Shown here piece after piece: positions 10,023 through 19,516 of a DNA stretch of 64,000 bases (position 1 is the stretch's first letter; the number at the start of each line of letters is the position of its first letter). Source of the DNA: an uncultured Ruminococcus sp. (lineage in GTDB: Bacteria > Bacillota > Clostridia > CAKSNL01 > HGM11501); NCBI GenBank assembly GCA_964466295.1, contig CAYXRC010000001.1:146640-210639 (forward strand). The letters are read 5' to 3'. The position numbers were made by a program, and so were the translations under genes. Below the pieces are notes generated by a model. The model worked only from the letters and a program-made list of their open reading frames with translations. It was not told the DNA's origin and ran no database searches.

Positions 10023-10652
10023 TTACTCTATAACTTCCGCATCGTAATAATGTATACCATTTTTATCTACACATTTTGCGATAAATTTAATTTTTTGACC
10101 GTATTCTAATGAATTAATGTCTACGTTATCAGAAAAAGAAATTAAACGAAAAACATTGCTGTCTCCAATTTTGATGTTATATGCTGGTGAAAAACTTTTG
10201 TTTATTCCCTTAAGTATTCCTGTTTCTTCAAATTTGTCTTGTACAAGATATGCTTTGGGCATTTGATAATGAGAATAATCAAATGTATATCCACCTATGT
10301 TGCTAGAAGTTTCAACTATTTCGTCTGTAGTTTCACCGACAACTGAAATATATTGACCTACTTCTAACATCACTATTTCATCCGTTGAAAGATAAACATC
10401 TATACCATAATTTCCGCCAGTACCTAATACCACATAGTTTTCTTCTATTGATTTTATTGCACCTTTTACAGTTATTATTTTGTTACAATAGGCTTGTTTT
10501 GCCTTTGCAAGATTTTCAATGGAAGCATTGTTAATTTCAGTTGCAGTAACATTTTCTGCTTGTGCAAGCATCTCTTCTTTTGATTTTTTACCACAAGCAC
10601 CAAGGCTTAAAATCATTGTAACAACTAATAATAAAGAAAATATTTTTTTCAT
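10023..10652 (-). CDS. lipoprotein, hypothetical
   Basis: Signal peptide plus lipobox MKKIFSLLLVVTMILSLGAC. RBS aaagga lies upstream of the ATG at 10652. Confidence 0.6.
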   Translation of the reverse strand: MKKIFSLLLVVTMILSLGACGKKSKEEMLAQAENVTATEINNASIENLAKAKQAYCNKIITVKGAIKSIEENYVVLGTGGNYGIDVYLSTDEIVMLEVGQYISVVGETTDEIVETSSNIGGYTFDYSHYQMPKAYLVQDKFEETGILKGINKSFSPAYNIKIGDSNVFRLISFSDNVDINSLEYGQKIKFIAKCVDKNGIHYYDAEVIE

Positions 10653-11045
10653 TTTTAAATTCCTTTCTGTATGTATTATTTTATATAATTTATAAGTTAT
10701 TGTTTTTCTCCTTTCTAAATTCTCACGTAATAAAAAATGCGTGGCAACAGAAATCTGCACCACGCACAAAAAACGAGGCTTGATTTCATGTCACCACAAC
10801 AATAATCTCAAAATATGAATATTATACAACCATACCATATTGAAGCCTGCGTTTTTTACAAAACACAAAAGGTTGTATAATACCTTAATGGTAACACAAA
10901 AAGAGATATTCGTAAAAATATCCAGATTTCTATTCTTGAAATTATCATTGTGGTAACTATATTATACCACTGTTGGATTTTTAAATCAATATGTCTTTTC
11001 AAAATTCGTCAAATGTGATATAATATTTTGCGTGAGGTGTGCGTT

Positions 11046-11516
11046 ATGGAAGATATACAATATAAGAAATTTTATAGAAAAGCCGACAAACATTTGAACG
11101 GTAAAATAGAGGCAAAACACGGCAAACGGAATAACCATAAAATGAAACCGTATTTTGTTTTGCAATATTTACTGAAAAACACAGACGAGAATCATCAAAA
11201 ATCGGCTTATGATATTATGGGGTATCTGGAAGAGAACGGAATTGTTGCGGAACGCCGCTCCGTCTACCGAGACATAGAGGAGATTAACAAGGCAAACTTG
11301 ATAATTCAAGAAGATTATACAGTTGATGAGGCGGAAGAGAAACTTTTCGAGGATGAGCATGACGAAGAAAAACTAATCGTCTATGACAAGAGCAAAAAAG
11401 GCTTTTATGTCAAACAACGGCATTTTGATATGAATGATATACATAAAACAAAGCCTTATTTAATCAAGGTTTCCGCATTACTGCACCACCCAATCAAGAC
11501 CAGGTCGTGGGCTTGA
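11046..11516 (+). CDS. HTH (DeoR/WYL-type HTH_11) regulator, apparently C-terminally truncated
   Basis: FVLQYLL...SAYDIMGYLEENGIVAERRSVYRDIEEIN matches an HTH_11 helix (YRDI). The ORF ends exactly where the duplicated GGGtGRT gene-end begins. Confidence 0.45.
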   Translation: MEDIQYKKFYRKADKHLNGKIEAKHGKRNNHKMKPYFVLQYLLKNTDENHQKSAYDIMGYLEENGIVAERRSVYRDIEEINKANLIIQEDYTVDEAEEKLFEDEHDEEKLIVYDKSKKGFYVKQRHFDMNDIHKTKPYLIKVSALLHHPIKTRSWA

Positions 11517-11518
11517 TA

Positions 11519-11606
11519 TGTGGAAATGATGGGCTTGATCGGTATGGGTAATAACCCAATGGTTGGCGCTACCGTTGCTGTTGCGGTTGACCAGGCATTA
11601 AGCTGA
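11519..11606 (+). repeat. ~88-bp imperfect duplicate of the 3' end of the GGGtGRT gene (compare 9388..9479): displaced gene end / att remnant
   Basis: tggaaatgatgggcttgatcggtatgggtaataaccc...gctaccgttgctgtt...gaccaggc occurs at both loci with a few substitutions and a 9-bp indel. Confidence 0.8.
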
Positions 11607-11732
11607 TTTAATAAAGAAGGCTCCGGTTTTTCGGAGTCTTCTTTTTTGACCTTTGTATTGACATAAAATTTAAATAGTGTATAATATTGTTTTAGAAAAA
11701 CGAAAACCTGCCGAAATGAAAGGATGTTATTT

Positions 11733-13505
11733 ATGAAGGGCAACATTACCGTTCATACAGAAAATATTTTTCCCGTAATAAAAAAGTGGCTCTATTCCGA
11801 TAAGGATATTTTTTTAAGAGAAATAGTCGCCAACGCCTGCGACGCCGTAACAAAGCTTAAAAAGGTCAAGGACACCGGCGCCGCCGTCCCTTTAGATGAG
11901 GGGTATGAGATTAAAATAATTGTGGATAAACCGAACGGCACCTTAACCGTGTCCGACAACGGAATCGGAATGACGGCGCACGAGATAGAAAAATACATAA
12001 CTCAGGTGGCTTTTTCCGGCGCTGAGGAGTTTTTGACCAAATACAAGGATAAATCTCCCGAAAATCAGATAATAGGGCATTTCGGGCTTGGATTTTTTTC
12101 CTCATTTATGGTGTCGGACAAGGTGGAAATTGAAACTCTGTCCTTTGCCGAGGGAGCCTCTGCCGCACATTGGAGCTGTGACGGAGGCATCGAGTATGAG
12201 CTCTCCGAAGGAGAAAGAAAGGAACGGGGCACGGATATAATTATGCATATTTCGGGGGAGGATAAGGAGTATCTTTCGATTTCACGCATAAGAGAAATAA
12301 TAGACAAATACTGCGCCTTTCTTCCTGTGCCAATATATTGTTATCAGGCAGGCGAGGATAAGGGCACTCCCGTAAACGAAACGCACCCTCTTTGGCTTAA
12401 AGCTCCGTCAGAGTGCACAGAGGACGAATATATAACCTTCTACAAAAATCTTTTCCGCAGAAACGACGAGCCTCTTTTCTGGATTCATTTAAATACCGAC
12501 TATCCCTTTAATCTAAAAGGCATTTTGTATTTTCCGAAAACCGAGGAAGGCTTGACCGTTTCCGCAGGCGGACCTGTCAAGCTGTATAACAATCAGGTTT
12601 TCGTTGCCGACAATATTAAGGAAATAATTCCCGAATTTCTTTTGATGCTAAAAGGCGTAATAGACTGCCCCGATATGCCTCTTAACGTTTCGAGAAGCTT
12701 TCTGCAAAACGACGGCACCGTTACAAGAATATCGAATCATATTGTAAAAAAAGTGGCGGACAAGCTTACCTTAATGTTTAAAAACGACAGAGAAAATTAC
12801 GAAAGGTACTGGGAGGATATATCCGGCTTTATTAAGTTCGGCTGTATGAGCGATCCGAGGTTTTATGAAAGCGTAAAGGATTGTCTTATTTATAAAACCA
12901 CCTTCGGAAAGTACGTTACAATAAAAGAGTATCTTGCCGACGGGAAAAAGGAGGTTTATTATGCCTCAAGCGGAGAATATCTTAAAAGCTATGTAAATAT
13001 TTTCAGCGACCAGGGTATAGTGGTGCTTATGATGCCGGGTCTTATAGATGCGGCGTTCGTTCAGTTTTTAGAGAGTAAATACGAGGGCGTAAGCTTTAAG
13101 AGCATAGATTCGGTCACTCCGGAAAGCCTTACAACCGACGAGGAGGGAGCGGATTCTGAAGCGGTCAAAAAAATATTTATAAAATATCTTCCGAAGGATA
13201 CTGAGATAGAAACTAAAAGCCTTAAAAATGAAGACGTTCCTGCGCTTATTATGATAGACGAATACGCACGCAGAATGAAAATGATTTCAGCCGCAATGGG
13301 GGGAGTTAATTTCCCTGATAAGAAGCGTCTTTTGATTAATTTAAGAAATCCCTTAGTAAGAAAATTAGAATCCCTGGATGAAGAGAGGGCAGAAACGGCG
13401 GTAAAACAAATTTACGACTTAGCGCGCCTTGAATATGAGCCCTTGTCAGCCGAAGATCTGGAAAAATTTATTAAGAGAAGCATAAAGCTTTTGAATTTGC
13501 TTTAA
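11733..13505 (+). CDS. htpG: molecular chaperone HtpG (Hsp90)
   Basis: GHKL ATPase motifs (IVANACDA, GxxGxG-like GHFGLGFFS). About 590 aa. The ATG at 11733 has a better RBS than the ORF-track ATG at 11724. Confidence 0.9.
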   Translation: MKGNITVHTENIFPVIKKWLYSDKDIFLREIVANACDAVTKLKKVKDTGAAVPLDEGYEIKIIVDKPNGTLTVSDNGIGMTAHEIEKYITQVAFSGAEEFLTKYKDKSPENQIIGHFGLGFFSSFMVSDKVEIETLSFAEGASAAHWSCDGGIEYELSEGERKERGTDIIMHISGEDKEYLSISRIREIIDKYCAFLPVPIYCYQAGEDKGTPVNETHPLWLKAPSECTEDEYITFYKNLFRRNDEPLFWIHLNTDYPFNLKGILYFPKTEEGLTVSAGGPVKLYNNQVFVADNIKEIIPEFLLMLKGVIDCPDMPLNVSRSFLQNDGTVTRISNHIVKKVADKLTLMFKNDRENYERYWEDISGFIKFGCMSDPRFYESVKDCLIYKTTFGKYVTIKEYLADGKKEVYYASSGEYLKSYVNIFSDQGIVVLMMPGLIDAAFVQFLESKYEGVSFKSIDSVTPESLTTDEEGADSEAVKKIFIKYLPKDTEIETKSLKNEDVPALIMIDEYARRMKMISAAMGGVNFPDKKRLLINLRNPLVRKLESLDEERAETAVKQIYDLARLEYEPLSAEDLEKFIKRSIKLLNLL

Positions 13506-13508
13506 AAA

Positions 13509-13544
13509 ATATCCGCCTCCATTTTTTGGAGGCGGATATTTTGC
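13509..13544. terminator. bidirectional hairpin terminator between htpG (+) and ispE (-)
   Basis: atatccgcctcca tttttt tggaggcggatat. Confidence 0.6.
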
Positions 13545-13547
13545 CTT

Positions 13548-14399
13548 TTATATAAGGCGCACTGAATATGCAGCCGTATTTTTTAAGTTGAGGCTTTCGG
13601 CGGCTTTATCTGCGTCCTTTTTAGATTCGTAAAGTCCGAAAAGGCATGAGCCGGAGCCGCTCATAGAGGCGCCCAGAGCACCGCTTTTTAATATACGGTC
13701 AAGATGATATGCGATTTGGGGCTTTAGACTTAATGCCGGAGGCAGGAATGCGTTGTAAAGCGTTTTGCCCAGAGCCGGAATATTTTTCTCACATAAAGCG
13801 GCTTGGATTTTTGAAAAATCCGGGGGCAAGTCTTTTTCACTTAAGTCATAAAGAGAGTACATCTCTTTTGTGTTTAATGAAAAATCAGGCTTTAATATAA
13901 CCGCAAAAGCACTTTGAAGAGGGGGAAGGAAGGTCATAACGTCGCCGATGCCCTCGCACAGCGCCGCACCCTTTTTAAGGCAGAAGGGAACGTCTGCGCC
14001 AAGTGATGAGGCTTTTACTAAAAGCTCGCTTTCGCTATAAGGCTTTCCGAAAAGGTAGTTAAGTCCCCATAATACTGCGGCGCCGTCGGTGCTGGAGCCG
14101 CCTAAGCCTCCTCCTACGGGAATACACTTTTTTATTTTTATTATGACTCCGGCTTTTTCGTTTATAGCCGAAAAAAATTCTTTGGCCGCTCTGTATGCGA
14201 TATTCCGCTCGTCCGTAGGCAAAAACGGCTTGTCGCATATAATTTTTATGCCGGGCTTTGAGGTAAGCATAATTTTTACGCTGTCCCTTAAGTCCACAGT
14301 GTGCATAAGCGTTTTTATATTGTGATAGCCGTCCGGACGCTTGCCGGTAATATCAAGGTAAAGATTTATTTTGGCGTTGGCAGATACCGTTATATCCAA
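13548..14399 (-). CDS. ispE: 4-diphosphocytidyl-2-C-methyl-D-erythritol kinase IspE
   Basis: GHMP kinase motifs (PVGGGLGGSSTDGAA). The N-terminus MDITVSANAKINLYLDITGKRPDGYH is typical IspE. Confidence 0.9.
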   Translation of the reverse strand: MDITVSANAKINLYLDITGKRPDGYHNIKTLMHTVDLRDSVKIMLTSKPGIKIICDKPFLPTDERNIAYRAAKEFFSAINEKAGVIIKIKKCIPVGGGLGGSSTDGAAVLWGLNYLFGKPYSESELLVKASSLGADVPFCLKKGAALCEGIGDVMTFLPPLQSAFAVILKPDFSLNTKEMYSLYDLSEKDLPPDFSKIQAALCEKNIPALGKTLYNAFLPPALSLKPQIAYHLDRILKSGALGASMSGSGSCLFGLYESKKDADKAAESLNLKNTAAYSVRLI

Positions 14400-14452
14400 A
14401 AAAACACCCCCATTACATTTAATGATAGCATAAAGGGGGTGCTTTTGTCAAT

Positions 14453-14736
14453 TCAAAGTATTATGCAAATAAGACCGCCGGAGCCTTCGTTTATAATGCG
14501 CTCCAAGGTAGTTCTTATTTTATCCCTTGCGTCGTCGGGCATTCTTGAAAGCTTGTTGTTAAGCTCCTCGTTTACAAGCTCGTGGAGAGATTTGCCGAAA
14601 AGATTGGACTCCCAAAGCTTCTGAGGGTCGGACTCAAACTCCTCTAAAAGATAGTGAACAAGCTCTTCCGATTCACGCTCGGTGCCGACTATTGGCGCCA
14701 CCTGGGTTTCAATATCCGCTCTCATCATATGTATTG
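14453..14736 (-). CDS. spoIVA: stage IV sporulation protein A, C-terminal segment (3' part of the split spoIVA gene)
   Basis: ...VAPIVGTERESEELVHYLLEEFESDPQKLWESNLFGKSL...RTTLERIINEGSGGLICIIL is collinear with the last ~90 residues of B. subtilis SpoIVA (...APIIGTEKQSEELVRYLMQDFEDDP...ERIINEGSGGLIAIIL). Confidence 0.85.
14727..14736. repeat. left copy of the 10-bp direct repeat atatgtattg (putative recombination core, attL side of the spoIVA intervening element)
   Basis: The identical 10-mer occurs at 49527..49536, exactly where homology to SpoIVA breaks in each gene fragment. Confidence 0.7.
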
Positions 14737-14860
14737 TCCGCTACAAACTGAGGTTCTTAATCGGTATTCATTGTATGATGTGTATTTTACCGTATTTTTC
14801 AACAAATTGCAAGGCTTTTCTTCATTCGATAAAATTGTGGCAATACACAGAATGATGGAA

Positions 14861-14912
14861 AGCAAAAAAATAAAGCGGTATAGAGAATGTGTAAATCAGC
14901 ATTCTCTATACC
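14861..14912 (-). terminator. Rho-independent terminator of the recombinase gene (minus strand)
   Basis: Inverted repeat ggtatagagaatg/cattctctatacc followed on the minus strand by a T-run. Confidence 0.55.
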
Positions 14913-14920
14913 ATTAATAA

Positions 14921-16636
14921 TTATTCCAAGCGATAACATAATTCATAATTGAAAGTCAAATCATATGTTTTCAACGACCTTGTATTACCACCTCTGGTTT
15001 GTACTATCTGTCCAGAACCAAAAGTTAAAATGTGAGAGTCCTCGGTAAAGTTCTGTGGAGTGTTAGGGAGAAGTTTCAAAAAGATTTTTAAGTCAATCTG
15101 ATTTTCTGCTTCACTTTTATATACCACAATCTTATCAATAAAACTGTCAACAACATTTTTGCCAAGTTCTTCTGTGAAATTAAGTTCATTTGCAATAGAT
15201 GAGCGAAGACCTTCAATAGATTCCTTTAAATCAAGGCTTTTTTGCTCCTCTTCGTCAAGTTCAGATAGTCTTGCTCTTAGGTCACTAATCTGAGCATTAA
15301 AACCATTATTTCTCTGCTCAAACTCTTCATTGGATAGTCTGCCATCCATAGCCAAATCAAGCAACTTGTCCTTCTTGTCAAGAAGCGTATTTATATCTGT
15401 TTGGATTTTGCACTTTGACTTAGCAATCGCCTTAGTGCTCCCACTTTCTTTGTAAAGCTCTATAAGTTCGTTTATAATAGTATTTTTTTCGCAGATAATC
15501 TGATTATAGACCTCTTTCATAACGGCATCAATCTCAGTTGTATATACAAGCGGATTTCTGCATTTGTTCCCATTGCCGTACTCCTTGCAAGTCCATAGCT
15601 CTTTATCACCCGATTTGTATTTGTATATAGTGTGATGATAACAAGTGCCATGCTCTCCACAGACAATCTTTCCCGAATATAAGTATTTGTTCTGATAACT
15701 TGTCTTATCGCTACTCGACATCTTTTCACTTCGCTCTTTTAGTTTGCGATTAGCCTTGTCCCAAAGCTCAGCAGATACAATTGGCGGGACTTTTTCGTGG
15801 TCTTTATACACAACCCATTCATCTTTCGGTACATACGCTATTTCATTACTTAAAAAATGGACCTTGTGTGTCTTGTTTCCGCAGTAGAACCCTTTATATT
15901 TAGGATTAACTAAAATTCCTTTAATAGTAGAAAAGGAAAACGGATTACCATTAGTGTTACGAAGACCGGATTCACTTAATATCTTAGCGATTGCCCTGAC
16001 TCCTAAATTCTCATTGGCATACAAATCAAAGATTTTTCTGACCATTTCAGCCTCTTCTTCAACAATAACCAGTTTGCCTTTTTCCTTTCTGTATCCCCAG
16101 ATGCTGTCATTACCAAGGACAGTACCTTTTTCAACAGATTGCCTGAAACCAAATTTCAATCTTTCTGATGTTTTTCGTGATTCTTCCTGCGCTAAGCTCG
16201 CCATAGTAGTAAGTCTGAAATCACAATCTTCATCAATGGTGTTAAGATTATCATTTTCAAACAGAACTGCAACGCCGTATGTTAAGAGTTCTCTTGTACA
16301 GCTTAAACTATCAAGAGTATTTCTTGCAAATCTTGAAACCTCTTTTGTACATATCATATCAAACTTGCCGCGCTTTGCATCTCGCATCATCTCAATAAAG
16401 CTGTCTCTTTTATCAATCTTTGTTCCAGTTAAGCCCTCATCCACATATCCCTTTACAAATGTCCAGTTCGGGTTTCTTGCTAAAAGGTTTTCAAAGTATG
16501 TTTTTTGCGCCTCAAGAGAATGTAATTGGTCGTACTTGTCCGTTGATACTCTGGCATAATATACAACCCGTAAATTATAGTCGGATATTCTTGTGTGTCG
16601 TGCCCTCATATCTTGTCGTATTTCGTAAATATTCAC
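14921..16636 (-). CDS. large serine recombinase (SpoIVCA/TnpX-like: resolvase domain, recombinase domain and zinc ribbon)
   Basis: N-terminal VVYYARVSTDKYDQLHSLEAQ resolvase catalytic region with the Ser nucleophile. The protein is 571 aa and has a Cys-rich segment (CGEHGTCYHH...WTCKEYGNGNKC). It lies ~190 bp from the element end. Confidence 0.9.
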   Translation of the reverse strand: MNIYEIRQDMRARHTRISDYNLRVVYYARVSTDKYDQLHSLEAQKTYFENLLARNPNWTFVKGYVDEGLTGTKIDKRDSFIEMMRDAKRGKFDMICTKEVSRFARNTLDSLSCTRELLTYGVAVLFENDNLNTIDEDCDFRLTTMASLAQEESRKTSERLKFGFRQSVEKGTVLGNDSIWGYRKEKGKLVIVEEEAEMVRKIFDLYANENLGVRAIAKILSESGLRNTNGNPFSFSTIKGILVNPKYKGFYCGNKTHKVHFLSNEIAYVPKDEWVVYKDHEKVPPIVSAELWDKANRKLKERSEKMSSSDKTSYQNKYLYSGKIVCGEHGTCYHHTIYKYKSGDKELWTCKEYGNGNKCRNPLVYTTEIDAVMKEVYNQIICEKNTIINELIELYKESGSTKAIAKSKCKIQTDINTLLDKKDKLLDLAMDGRLSNEEFEQRNNGFNAQISDLRARLSELDEEEQKSLDLKESIEGLRSSIANELNFTEELGKNVVDSFIDKIVVYKSEAENQIDLKIFLKLLPNTPQNFTEDSHILTFGSGQIVQTRGGNTRSLKTYDLTFNYELCYRLE

Positions 16637-16723
16637 TTTGCTTACCTCCTGTCTTATGTTAAAAATTTCTATCTATATGAAGGAAGTGTGCCGCAATAAA
16701 GCAGCACACTTCCGATTGCATTA

Positions 16724-16891
16724 TCAGCTTGCCTGCTTGAGCAAAAGTTCTTTTGCAGACCAGTACATATCCTCTGAAATTATATGCTTGTCAAATAACT
16801 TCTGGTTTATGAACATCTTTAATTCGTTGTTGAATTGTTCCCTGTTCTTCTTTAATGTATCGTTTGCTTTAACTGTTTTTGTCATAAGCAT
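16724..16891 (-). CDS. small (55 aa) helical protein immediately upstream of the recombinase; candidate recombination directionality factor
   Basis: Hand-translated ORF MLMTKTVKANDTLKKNREQFNNELKMFINQKLFDKHIISEDMYWSAKELLLKQAS. RBS aaggacggg precedes it and a hairpin follows. It is absent from the ORF track because it is shorter than 60 aa. Confidence 0.3.
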   Translation of the reverse strand: MLMTKTVKANDTLKKNREQFNNELKMFINQKLFDKHIISEDMYWSAKELLLKQAS

Positions 16892-16988
16892 CCCGTCCTT
16901 TCTAAATTAAATTTATTTGTAATTATGTATTTGTACATAAATATGTAATTACCTTGATGAATATGCTTGTACAAATCCATTTTTAAGA

Positions 16989-17435
16989 TTATTTATTTTT
17001 CTTATAGCGGATTCCTAATTTTGTTTTTTCGCTAATGATTTTTCTTTTTAGCCCATCAATATATTCAATTGCTACCTTAGCCTGTTCGTTGCTAAGTGTA
17101 GGCATTCCAAAAGCACATGTGCATTTTAAGTCATCTTCAATAAGCAGACCGCACATATCGCTTTCAACGATGTTATTTGTCTGCAAATCATTCATTGCCT
17201 TTGAATATACTAAAAAAGCGGTAAGCATTTGCAACTCATAGTCGCTGTATTTATCTTTAACGACTAACTTTTTTGTAGGATATATTTCCTTTGAAATACG
17301 GAAATTATCAAATTCGCTTATACCTGGAAACTCACCGACTGGCGAAATTGCAGTATATTTAACATTAATTACCGTTCCTGTACCTGTACTGTTTAAAACT
17401 ACCTCAAAATCTTTTACTTTTATATTTTTTATCAT
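16989..17435 (-). CDS. hypothetical protein (148 aa)
   Basis: ORF only. It is co-directional with the downstream methyltransferase cluster. Confidence 0.4.
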   Translation of the reverse strand: MIKNIKVKDFEVVLNSTGTGTVINVKYTAISPVGEFPGISEFDNFRISKEIYPTKKLVVKDKYSDYELQMLTAFLVYSKAMNDLQTNNIVESDMCGLLIEDDLKCTCAFGMPTLSNEQAKVAIEYIDGLKRKIISEKTKLGIRYKKNK

Positions 17436-17490
17436 TATATCTGTGTGAATGTGCGCTCAAATGGCACATTCTACTCCTTTCATTCTAAAT

Positions 17491-18186
17491 TTAATTTTGG
17501 CGGCATTTACAGCTGCCGCCAAACTGTTTAATTTGCTGTGGATATAAAGGTGGTCCGCGAAGGAAGGTACAAACTGAATCCGCAACTTCTTCTATTTCTG
17601 CATCATCTTCTTCTGCTGCAACATCTTCATGCATACGGCTGGGAATATAATGCTTCCCAGCGTTGTTATGGGCAAGATGACAATACATATTGTCTCTCGG
17701 CAAGAAGTTCCAGCAGAAATATGCTGTATTAAAACTGGAAGTCCTTCCATTGAAACTAACTTTTTTGTCCGGTGTCAGCTTCTGAATATGAATACCCTTT
17801 TGGCTGAGTTCCCAGAAATAGTTTCCTATTATCTGATACTGCTCACAAGTGCTGTTCATAAGTATTGCAAAGGGTTTATGTAGACTTACCAGCCTTTTGA
17901 ATACATCAAGTTTTAATGAAAAAGGCGGATTTGTTATGATGCAGTCGTAATGTTCATCCGGTTCATAGGTAAAAAAATCTTTTCCTTCCCAGATATGCGA
18001 ATGAATCACATTTATATCGTGCTCTCTTAAAGTGAGAACAAATTCGCTTGATTTGGTATCACAAGGACACCACACAGTGCTTCCTTTCGGAATATACTGA
18101 ACAATTGGCTCTACAAGGATTTTGGGAGTGTACATCTCATCATTGCCGGAGCTGTACATTCCTTTAAGATTATTATTCATGCACAA
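17491..18186 (-). CDS. orphan N6-adenine DNA methyltransferase (NPPF motif)
   Basis: CIITNPPFS motif IV. The protein is 231 aa and overlaps the next methyltransferase gene. Confidence 0.65.
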   Translation of the reverse strand: MCMNNNLKGMYSSGNDEMYTPKILVEPIVQYIPKGSTVWCPCDTKSSEFVLTLREHDINVIHSHIWEGKDFFTYEPDEHYDCIITNPPFSLKLDVFKRLVSLHKPFAILMNSTCEQYQIIGNYFWELSQKGIHIQKLTPDKKVSFNGRTSSFNTAYFCWNFLPRDNMYCHLAHNNAGKHYIPSRMHEDVAAEEDDAEIEEVADSVCTFLRGPPLYPQQIKQFGGSCKCRQN

Positions 18187-19427
18187 GCACCTCTTTCTTC
18201 AAAGGCGTTGGCTTTATCAATAACCTTTTTTATGGCGCGTTCAAATGCTCCGATTCCTGTAAAAGTTGAGAGCAAGCGCACTTTTTCAAACAGATATGGC
18301 ATACTAATAAACAATTCAACGATTATAGCATAGAGAACATCAACTACAATTGAGTTTCCAGCCTGTTTGTAAATCTGAGAATCGCTCACAACCGCAGAAG
18401 CAGCCTTATAATCTTCTTCTGTAAATCCGGTCATTCTTAATGCCTCAGAAGCGCTTAACTTCTTAATAAGATAACGCTCCTGATCGTCTATCTGTGTTTT
18501 TTGCAAAACTATTGTTGAATGATTACTCGCTGTTAATGTCGGTGTACATTTAATACCAACAACATTATCCTGAAATGCCGAAGGACATTCCATACGAAAG
18601 ATGTTTTTATCGCTATTTACAATAAGCTCTTTGTCGCGAATTATGTTTCTCTTTACAGAATTCATAATCTTATCATGAATAACAATTCTTTCGTCTGTCC
18701 CTTCAAAAAAAGGCTTAGGATCGTCGAGTATATCATTAAATGTTTTCCCGCCCTCAATTGGTTCGGGAAACTTAAAGCGAAGGTTGTCAAGGTCTTTCCT
18801 GATAGCGAGCACATATACACGCTCGCGATTTTGTGGTATGCCGTAGTTCTTGGCATTAAGCACCTTGTAATATACGTTATAACCGTATTCTTCAATCTCC
18901 GCGATAAACAAGTCAAATACTTCTTTAAAACGATTACTTGTAAGGTTTTTAACATTCTCATACAACGCCACTTTTGGTCTTGTGGCATATAGAATTTTTA
19001 GCCAGTGAACCAATAGTGAAGAACGAGTCTTTTCAAGATTTCTTGAACTACAATTCGGACAGCGGTCTCGTCTTGTATGATGCACTGTCAAAGGATTATA
19101 TTCAGCCCCACATGACAGACATTTGAACATACTGCCACGCTTGTTTCCGCTGATTGAGAAATCCTGACAGGGGCTTCCCCCTACGAGGAAGTTGATGTAT
19201 GGTAATGTTAATAGGTCTATTTTTGTAATATCCCACAGATTTTTTAGTGGGCTTATGCTATGTATCGCACAAAATGCCGCTGCTGCGAACTTATCTATTT
19301 CGCAAAAACGGACTAATTCATATAAAAATTTCATGTTTTTACCTCCTAAAATTAAATTAGAAGGTAAGGCCTTACCATCAAGAGGGTGATCAAATCCTCT
19401 TGCTCTGTATTTATATATAAAAATCAA
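18177..19427 (-). CDS. DNA cytosine-5 methyltransferase
   Basis: GGSPCQDFS (PCQ motif IV) and YENVKNL (ENV motif VI). Confidence 0.85.
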   Translation of the reverse strand: MIFIYKYRARGFDHPLDGKALPSNLILGGKNMKFLYELVRFCEIDKFAAAAFCAIHSISPLKNLWDITKIDLLTLPYINFLVGGSPCQDFSISGNKRGSMFKCLSCGAEYNPLTVHHTRRDRCPNCSSRNLEKTRSSLLVHWLKILYATRPKVALYENVKNLTSNRFKEVFDLFIAEIEEYGYNVYYKVLNAKNYGIPQNRERVYVLAIRKDLDNLRFKFPEPIEGGKTFNDILDDPKPFFEGTDERIVIHDKIMNSVKRNIIRDKELIVNSDKNIFRMECPSAFQDNVVGIKCTPTLTASNHSTIVLQKTQIDDQERYLIKKLSASEALRMTGFTEEDYKAASAVVSDSQIYKQAGNSIVVDVLYAIIVELFISMPYLFEKVRLLSTFTGIGAFERAIKKVIDKANAFEERGACA

Positions 19428-19516
19428 CCGAGGTAGCTAATCCCGATTGATTCATCATGATGGGTTAAAATACTGCTATTGAGAGGTTGTCCCATCGAAC
19501 TTCAATAACATCTTAC

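Noticed and set aside
15954-16910. Plus-strand ORFs (201, 80 and 90 aa) overlapping the large serine recombinase and its upstream region
   Set aside because: They are antisense to the recombinase, with Ser/Leu-rich low-complexity translations. The region is better explained by the recombinase plus the 55-aa minus-strand ORF.
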